A stretch of 64,000 nucleotides of DNA, from the NCBI GenBank assembly GCA_022866045.1, contig JALHTW010000049.1:11041-75040 (forward strand), in the 5' to 3' direction. The translations under genes were made by a program, and so were the position numbers. Under the pieces are notes generated by a model. That model worked only from the letters and a program-made list of their open reading frames with translations. It was not told the DNA's origin and did no database searches. Source of the stretch: Candidatus Aminicenantes bacterium (lineage in GTDB: Bacteria; Acidobacteriota; Aminicenantia; Aminicenantales; UBA4085). This document shows, piece by piece, positions 58,428 to 64,000 of the stretch. How positions within the stretch are numbered: position 1 is the first letter of the stretch; each line of letters begins with the position of its first letter.

Positions 58428-60698
58428 ATGGACAAGGTGCTTGTCATCGTCGAATCCCCGGCCAAGGCGAAGACCATCAACCGCTATCTCGGCCCGGACT
58501 ATGAGGTCATGGCCTCGATGGGCCACGTGAGGGACCTCCCGAAGAGCAAGCTGGGCGTCGATGTCGAAAAGAATTTCGAACCCCAATATGTCGTCATCCC
58601 CGAACGGCTCAAGGTCGTCGCCGAGCTTAAGAAAGCCGCCGAGAAGGCCGGCTCGATCATCCTGGCGGCCGACCCGGACCGCGAAGGCGAGGCCATCTGT
58701 TGGCACCTGAGCGCCCTGCTCGAGGACGCGAACAAGAACATCTACCGGGTGATGCTCCACGAGATCACGAAGCCCGCGGTCGAGGAGGCGATCCAGCACA
58801 TGGGGAAGCTCGACCAGAACATGTTCAACGCCCAGCAGACGCGACGGATCCTGGACCGGCTTGTCGGCTACCTCATCAGCCCTCTGCTGTGGAAGAAGGT
58901 CGGACGGGGGCTGAGCGCCGGCCGCGTCCAGTCCATCGCTCTGCGCCTGATCTGCGAGCGTGAGAAAGAGATCAAGGCCTTCGTCACGGAAGAGTATTGG
59001 TCGATCTTCGCTCATCTCGCGGCCTCGAACCCGCCGCCGTTCAAGGCCGCTCTGGCCAAGATCGACGGCAAAAAAGCCAAGATTGAGGACGGCAAGAGCG
59101 CGGAAGCGATCGTCGGCGAGCTCAAAGGCGCGGATTTCATCCTGAACAAGGTCAAGGTCCAGGAGAAGAAGAAAACCCCTCCTCCGCCGTACATCACGAG
59201 CACGCTCCAGCAGGACGCGTTCCGCCTTCTTCACTTCCCGGTCAAGAGGACGATGTTCATCGCCCAGAAGCTGTATGAAGGTCTGTCCATCGGCGAGCGG
59301 GGGCCCGTCGGCCTCATCACGTATATGCGCACGGATTCGGTGCGCGTTTCGAATGAGGCTCAGGCTTGGGCCCGGAAATACATCGAGCAGAAATATTCGG
59401 CCAAGCACGTGCCGGCCAAGCCGCATTTCTACAAGAATAGGAGCCAGGCGCAGGACGCGCACGAGGCCATCCGTCCCACGTCGCCCGATCTTGTGCCCGA
59501 GGCCGTCAAGCCCTATCTCAAGAGAGAGGAATTCAGCCTCTACCAGCTCATCTGGAACCGTTTCCTCGCCTCCCAGATGAGCGCGGCCGTGGTCGAAGAG
59601 ACCGCGTTCGAGATTACGGCCTCGAAATATCTCTTCACGGCCAAGGGCGAAGTCCTAAAGTTTGCCGGGTACTTGTCCCTTTATCCCAACCGGGAAAACA
59701 GCGAGAAGGAAACGCTGCCGGACGCCGCGGCCGGCGAGAAGCTGAGGCTGGCCGGGACGGGCCTCGAATCCAAGCAGAATTTCACCCAGCCGCCTCCGCG
59801 CTACACGGAAGGCACGCTGGTCAAAGAACTCGAGGCCAAGGGCATCGGCCGGCCTTCGACATATGCCCCGATCATCACCACGCTCCAGAACCGCGTCTAT
59901 GTCGTCAAGGACCAGGGAAGGTTCGTCCCGACCGACCTGGGCATGTTTGTCACGGATTTCCTCGTCCAGAACTTTCCCGACCTCATGGAGGTCAAATTCA
60001 CTGCCCAGATGGAAGAGGAACTCGACCGCATCGGCGAGGGCGGCCAGGACTGGCTCGCCTCGCTCAAAAATTATTATGAGAAGCTCGACAAAGACCTCAA
60101 GGAGGGCATGAAGGTCGAGAGCGTCGCGGGAACGGGCATCCCGACGAAGGAGGTCTGCCCGAAATGCGGCAAGCCGGTCATGCTTAAAAGCGGAAGATTC
60201 GGCCCGTTCAAGGCCTGCTCCGGCTATCCGGAATGCGACTTCAAGGAGGACATGATCAAAAAGGAAGTGACGCCGCTCGAGGAGAAATGCCCGGTCTGCG
60301 GCGCTCAGCTCGTCCAGCGCTGGGGCCGGTTCGGCTCATTCATCGCCTGCTCGGATTATCCGAAGTGCAAGTACATTAAAAAGGAGCAGACGGACACGGG
60401 CATCGCCTGTCCGAACGCCTGCGGCGGGACGATCCTCAAGCGCAAAACGCGGCGCGGAAAATTCTTCTACGGCTGCAGCCACTTCCCGAAATGCCGGTTC
60501 GCCACATGGGACGAGCCCCTGACAAAACCATGTCCCACGTGCGGGAAGCCGTTTTTGCTCCAGAAAATTTCCAAGAAGGACGGGACATACCTTCACTGCT
60601 GGGACGAAAAATGCGGGTACCGGGACCCGGCCAAGCCCGAGCCGGCTCTTAAAAAAGAGAAACAGACCAAAGAAAGCGTGCCTCCGGCCGCGGAGTAG
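58428..60698 (+). CDS. topA: DNA topoisomerase I
   Basis: MDKVLVIVESPAKAKTI TOPRIM N-terminus, active-site region ITYMRTDS, and multiple C-terminal C4 zinc ribbons (CPKCGK..., CPVCGA..., CPNACGG..., CPTCGK...). Confidence 0.95.
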   Translation: MDKVLVIVESPAKAKTINRYLGPDYEVMASMGHVRDLPKSKLGVDVEKNFEPQYVVIPERLKVVAELKKAAEKAGSIILAADPDREGEAICWHLSALLEDANKNIYRVMLHEITKPAVEEAIQHMGKLDQNMFNAQQTRRILDRLVGYLISPLLWKKVGRGLSAGRVQSIALRLICEREKEIKAFVTEEYWSIFAHLAASNPPPFKAALAKIDGKKAKIEDGKSAEAIVGELKGADFILNKVKVQEKKKTPPPPYITSTLQQDAFRLLHFPVKRTMFIAQKLYEGLSIGERGPVGLITYMRTDSVRVSNEAQAWARKYIEQKYSAKHVPAKPHFYKNRSQAQDAHEAIRPTSPDLVPEAVKPYLKREEFSLYQLIWNRFLASQMSAAVVEETAFEITASKYLFTAKGEVLKFAGYLSLYPNRENSEKETLPDAAAGEKLRLAGTGLESKQNFTQPPPRYTEGTLVKELEAKGIGRPSTYAPIITTLQNRVYVVKDQGRFVPTDLGMFVTDFLVQNFPDLMEVKFTAQMEEELDRIGEGGQDWLASLKNYYEKLDKDLKEGMKVESVAGTGIPTKEVCPKCGKPVMLKSGRFGPFKACSGYPECDFKEDMIKKEVTPLEEKCPVCGAQLVQRWGRFGSFIACSDYPKCKYIKKEQTDTGIACPNACGGTILKRKTRRGKFFYGCSHFPKCRFATWDEPLTKPCPTCGKPFLLQKISKKDGTYLHCWDEKCGYRDPAKPEPALKKEKQTKESVPPAAE

Positions 60699-60875
60699 CC
60701 GGAGGATGAACTCCTTCCAGGCGAAAATCCCTCAAACTCTACTTCTCAGTCGGCCCAGAATAATCCCCCCGTTTTCCCTTGGGAAAGACGGATCCAGGGG
60801 GATTTGCCCTTTTATTGCGTCTTGTTTTCTGAACCTTTAAAATAACGATGAATCGGATCATAATAGGTCGTAATA

Positions 60876-61769
60876 ATGAGGAAGGAACTCGGAGAATTCC
60901 TGGCTTATCTTCAGCACGAGCGAAACGCGTCCCCTCACACCATATCCAGCTATCGCATAGATCTGACCCAGCTCGCTGATCATCTCCAGGCGAAAAAGAT
61001 CAAGCTGATCCAGGTGGATAATGTCGTCCTCCGCGGCTTCCTTGTCGAGCTTTACCGGAGAAGTCTGACGAAGACCTCGGCGGCCCGGAAGCTCGCCGCC
61101 ATCCGCTCTTTTTTCGAGTATGGCGTCAGACAAAAGTGGGCCGCGGACAACCCGGCCAAAATCGTGGCAACGCCCAGGCTTGACCGGCACGTGCCGGCGT
61201 TCCTCTCCGAAGAGGAGATGGAAAAACTGCTTGAGATCCCGGTGACGGATAACGCTCTCGGTCTTCGGGACCGGGCGGTCCTCGAGCTTTTTTATGCCAC
61301 CGGAATGCGGGTCAGCGAGCTCGTCGGGGTCGATCTCGAAGACGTGAGCTTGGATGAGAAGATGATCCGGGTGCGCGGCAAGGGCAAAAAGGAGCGGCTC
61401 ATACCCTTCGGCCGGAAGGCCGCGGAAAGTCTGGAAGCGTATCTGCGCGTCCGGCATACGTTCCCTTTGGCCCTCGGAGAGAAAGCACTGTTTCTGAATT
61501 ACCAGGGAACGCGAATCACGGCGCGCTCGGTGCAGAGGCTCGCCGGGAAATATTTCAAGAAGGCCGCGCTGAGGAAAAAGATGAGCCCCCACGCGCTGCG
61601 CCATTCGTTCGCCACGCATCTTTTAAGCCGGGGCGCGGACCTTCGTGTCATCCAGGAACTCTTGGGTCACGAGAGCTTGGCCACGACCCAGAAATACACA
61701 CATGTGGACGTCAAGCAATTGCTCGATGTTTACCGCAAGAGCCACCCGCGCGCAGGGAGTTCGGGGTAA
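60876..61769 (+). CDS. xerC: tyrosine site-specific recombinase XerC/XerD family
   Basis: SAP-like N-terminal core-binding domain. Catalytic residues in RVSEL..., HALRHSFATHLLSRGADLRVIQELLGHESLATTQKYTHV. dprA-topA-xerC synteny. Confidence 0.85.
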   Translation: MRKELGEFLAYLQHERNASPHTISSYRIDLTQLADHLQAKKIKLIQVDNVVLRGFLVELYRRSLTKTSAARKLAAIRSFFEYGVRQKWAADNPAKIVATPRLDRHVPAFLSEEEMEKLLEIPVTDNALGLRDRAVLELFYATGMRVSELVGVDLEDVSLDEKMIRVRGKGKKERLIPFGRKAAESLEAYLRVRHTFPLALGEKALFLNYQGTRITARSVQRLAGKYFKKAALRKKMSPHALRHSFATHLLSRGADLRVIQELLGHESLATTQKYTHVDVKQLLDVYRKSHPRAGSSG

Positions 61770-61828
61770 GCCGCTTAAAAGCGCGCCGGCAAGCTTGGAC
61801 GGAATTCGCCATTTAATAAAAGCGTGGT

Positions 61829-62174
61829 TCTCTTCCATTTTGTGCGGTTAAAAATGACGGAGAAGGTCCGGGAATGGCCGCAGCGACCGTGGAAGGTTTA
61901 GCCTTCTCGAATCGCCCTTGAGGGTACCCGGCCAAGCCGGGCGCCGCGGATGTCTGAGCTTGATCCAAATGAGGAAAACGCCCAGATGAAAAAAATGGGA
62001 GTTTTGGGGCCCCATTTTTTAGAACATATGTTTGATACCGAAATCTGCTGTGCGAGTTCCGCGGCGCTGAAAAGGGCGGTGAGAGAACGGCGGTAAAAAC
62101 CTGGATGGGAGCAAGGCCGTTTCCGGATCTTCTCCAATAATCCTTAACCCACACAAAATGGAAGAGAACCAAAA
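61829..62174 (+). repeat. ~345-bp TIR-bounded repeat element, copy 2, upstream of comEA
   Basis: Homologous to 56976-57318 with the same terminal inverted repeats and internal terminator-like hairpin. Confidence 0.7.
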
Positions 62175-62328
62175 GCGTTAACTTATGTCTGCATTGAGAG
62201 CCTTTATCCGTAAACGACGGTATACGCAGCGGCAAATGAGAATTTTGTAACTTGTTGATATCAAAAAAGAAAAAAGCTCGGACCTCCTGGCATTGGACTT
62301 GCATTAATCAGAGCGAAAGGAGGTCCTC

Positions 62329-62625
62329 ATGAAAGAACTCATTTTCAAAGGACTGGCGTTCAGTCTCATCCTCAGCCTTTTTGTTTTCCCTCTTCTCGCC
62401 CAGCAGCAGGCCCAGACCGGGAAATCCGCGGCTGAAAAGATCAACCTCAACACGGCGACGCTCGAAGAGCTCCAGAAGCTGCCCCGGATCGGCGCGAAAG
62501 TCGCTCAGCGGATCATCGATTACCGGAAGCAGAACGGGAACTTCAAAAAGATCGAAGAGATCATGAAGGTCCGCGGCATCGGGGAGAAGACGTTCGCCAG
62601 GATGAAAGACCTGCTCACGGTCTAG
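62329..62625 (+). CDS. comEA: ComEA-family helix-hairpin-helix DNA-binding competence protein
   Basis: Signal peptide, then INLNTATLEELQKLPRIGAKVAQRIIDYRKQNGNFKKIEEIMKVRGIGEKTFARMKDLL. Confidence 0.85.
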   Translation: MKELIFKGLAFSLILSLFVFPLLAQQQAQTGKSAAEKINLNTATLEELQKLPRIGAKVAQRIIDYRKQNGNFKKIEEIMKVRGIGEKTFARMKDLLTV

Positions 62626-62671
62626 GCCTTGGTCCTCTAGCGCCCTCACAGGGTGCGCCCTCCACCCTACG

Positions 62672-62709
62672 CTGTCCCCCTTCCCTACGAAGGGGGACAG
62701 CCTTTTTTT
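62672..62709 (+). terminator. rho-independent terminator after comEA
   Basis: Stem ctgtccccctt / aagggggacag (11 bp) with loop ccctacg, followed by TTTTTTT. Overlaps the last codons of convergent rdgB. Confidence 0.6.
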
Positions 62710-63311
62710 AGATCATCCTCGAGGAAGGCCTTCATTTTCTTCAATGCGCGACCGCGGTGGCTGACGGCATTCTTTTCTTTGGGCCGCAGTTCGCCGAACG
62801 TTTTTCGCAAAGGCTTGAAAAAAAAGATCGGGTCGTAGCCGAAGCCGAGGCCCCCCTTTTTGTCGAAGGCGATCATTCCCCGGACTTGGCCTGTGACGGT
62901 CTTGACGATCGTGCCGTTCCGTGACAGGACCATACAGCAGACGAACCGCCCGCGCCGGTTGTCTTCGGCGACGCCCTTCATCAGAAGCAAAACCTTTTGG
63001 ATGTTTTTCTCGTCCGTGGCCCGGCGTCCGGAAAATCGGGCCGAATATACGCCGGGCGCTTCGCCCAGGGCTTCGACCTCAAGGCCCGAGTCTTCGGCCA
63101 GAGTCAGGAACCCGGACCGGCGGCTGTAGAACAGGCTTTTCCCTCTTGCATTCTCATAGAACGACGGACCCTTTTCCGGAAAGGGTGTTCGGATGCCGAG
63201 GTCGGCCAGGGTGATGACTTTCAGCGGTAGATCGAGAAGAGCGTTCCGGATCTCCCGGGCTTTTCCCTCGTTCGTGGTCGCCAGGACAAGGACGGTCTTT
63301 TTTGGCTTCAC
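62685..63311 (-). CDS. rdgB: non-canonical purine NTP pyrophosphatase (RdgB/HAM1 family)
   Basis: VLVLATTNEGKAREI and FGYDPIF motifs characteristic of dITP/XTP pyrophosphatases. Confidence 0.85.
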   Translation of the reverse strand: MKPKKTVLVLATTNEGKAREIRNALLDLPLKVITLADLGIRTPFPEKGPSFYENARGKSLFYSRRSGFLTLAEDSGLEVEALGEAPGVYSARFSGRRATDEKNIQKVLLLMKGVAEDNRRGRFVCCMVLSRNGTIVKTVTGQVRGMIAFDKKGGLGFGYDPIFFFKPLRKTFGELRPKEKNAVSHRGRALKKMKAFLEDDLKKGCPPS

Positions 63312-63318
63312 GGTGGAC

Positions 63319-64000
63319 CTACTGCCCGATCGTATCTATGAAATAGGACAGGACGAACATCAGGATCAGGACGATGGCCAGGAGCGCGAACTTGGGGCTG
63401 ATCAGCAATTTTTCCGGCTCTTCCATGACTTCGGCCTCGCTCATGGTCTTCAGAAAGAAGAGGAAGAAGAGGACGAGCAGGAAAGGCAAGATCATGTAGA
63501 ATGTCTGCAGCTTGAGCGAATGCGCGAGATACAGGAAGGACAGGAGGCAGATCGCAGCGCTGGCCGCCATCCCGAAGAGGAGGTAATTCCGGGTGTATCG
63601 TTTGTGCGAGGTCCGGTAGTCGCCTGCCTTTTCTTTGAGAAAACGGAACTCCGAAAGCCGCTTGGCAACCATCAGGAAGTTCCCGAACGACCACCAGCTT
63701 AGGAGGAGGCTTACGGGCGGAAAGATGCCTTTAGGCGCAAAAGCAAACCAGCCGATGAGGAACCGGATGGGGTTGTTGGCTGACTCCGAGATGGAATCCA
63801 GGAAGGGGATGTCCTTGGCCCGGATGGGTTTTACGTTATAGACGATCCCGGCCCCAAAAAGGGCGAGGATCGAGAAAAAGAACGGGCCAGCGAAGATTGC
63901 GTAGGACGCGGCGAGGCTGACGCAGATGATCAGGATGCCAAAGAGGGCGAACGGGAATTTTTTGATCTCGCCCTGAACGAGAGGCCGGAAGCGTTTGGTC
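63319..64000 (-). CDS. UbiA-family prenyltransferase-like polytopic membrane protein (partial, N-terminus beyond window end)
   Basis: The reverse-strand reading frame stays open to the window edge. Asp-rich motif RAKDIPFLDSISESANNP sits between TM helices. Confidence 0.4.
   Translation of the reverse strand, partial: TKRFRPLVQGEIKKFPFALFGILIICVSLAASYAIFAGPFFFSILALFGAGIVYNVKPIRAKDIPFLDSISESANNPIRFLIGWFAFAPKGIFPPVSLLLSWWSFGNFLMVAKRLSEFRFLKEKAGDYRTSHKRYTRNYLLFGMAASAAICLLSFLYLAHSLKLQTFYMILPFLLVLFFLFFLKTMSEAEVMEEPEKLLISPKFALLAIVLILMFVLSYFIDTIGQ

Noticed and set aside
60876-61769. xerC considered as an integrase marking a mobile island boundary
   Set aside because: It sits in the conserved dprA-topA-xerC housekeeping arrangement and has a XerC/D-type C-terminus. 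No att-like direct repeats or phage or conjugative genes flank it. The nearby repeats appear to be small non-autonomous elements.

Overview
The window reads as a Gram-negative-type bacterial chromosome segment with four parts. Bases 325-31257 are one long plus-strand polysaccharide/O-antigen-like biosynthesis locus. It carries GT4 glycosyltransferases, a Wzx-like flippase, Wzy/ligase-like membrane proteins and WecB. It has two tandem Gfo/Idh/MocA - hexapeptide acetyltransferase - DegT aminotransferase modules of WbpB/D/E type; the second aminotransferase is broken by an in-frame TAG. It has a polyprenyl-phosphate sugar phosphotransferase and a complete GDP-D-glycero-alpha-D-manno-heptose branch (transaldolase, GmhA-like SIS, HddA-like GHMP kinase, HddC-like nucleotidyltransferase). 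The first ~5.5 kb are markedly AT-rich. Bases ~31.5-41.0 kb hold the most interesting feature, which looks like an undescribed RiPP-like peptide-modification system. It starts with a 102-aa Cys/Gly-rich precursor ORF with a strong RBS. That ORF carries four to five in-frame 30-nt tandem repeats encoding D-C-(T/S)-A-G decapeptide units. A PqqD-family peptide chaperone follows, then two radical-SAM/SPASM enzymes. Next is an unusual fusion of an S26/S24-type peptidase domain (GPSMNPTL) with an HprK-like P-loop kinase domain, then an ABC exporter. A methyltransferase, a collapsed remnant of a second ABC gene and a PF14907-like nucleotidyltransferase complete it. This gene set is wedged between the polysaccharide locus and its Wzz chain-length determinant. 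Bases 41-54 kb carry Wzz, LPS inner-core/heptose functions on the minus strand (HldE-domain-I-like kinase, PHP phosphoesterase, O-antigen-ligase-like protein, GT9 heptosyltransferase, Trm112-like). An inserted RelE/ParE toxin-antitoxin pair, a GT, a Kdo/WaaP-family kinase, an OMP and small DUF proteins also lie here. Bases 55-64 kb are housekeeping: nupC, dprA-topA-xerC, comEA, rdgB and a partial UbiA-like gene. Two intergenic repeat families punctuate this last part. One is a ~145-bp palindrome-rich REP-like unit present twice. The other is a ~345-bp element with ~23-bp terminal inverted repeats, present twice in the same orientation immediately upstream of the competence genes dprA and comEA. 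No tRNA, rRNA, CRISPR array or transposase was recognised. All calls rest on reading the sequence and ORF translations by eye, without database searches.
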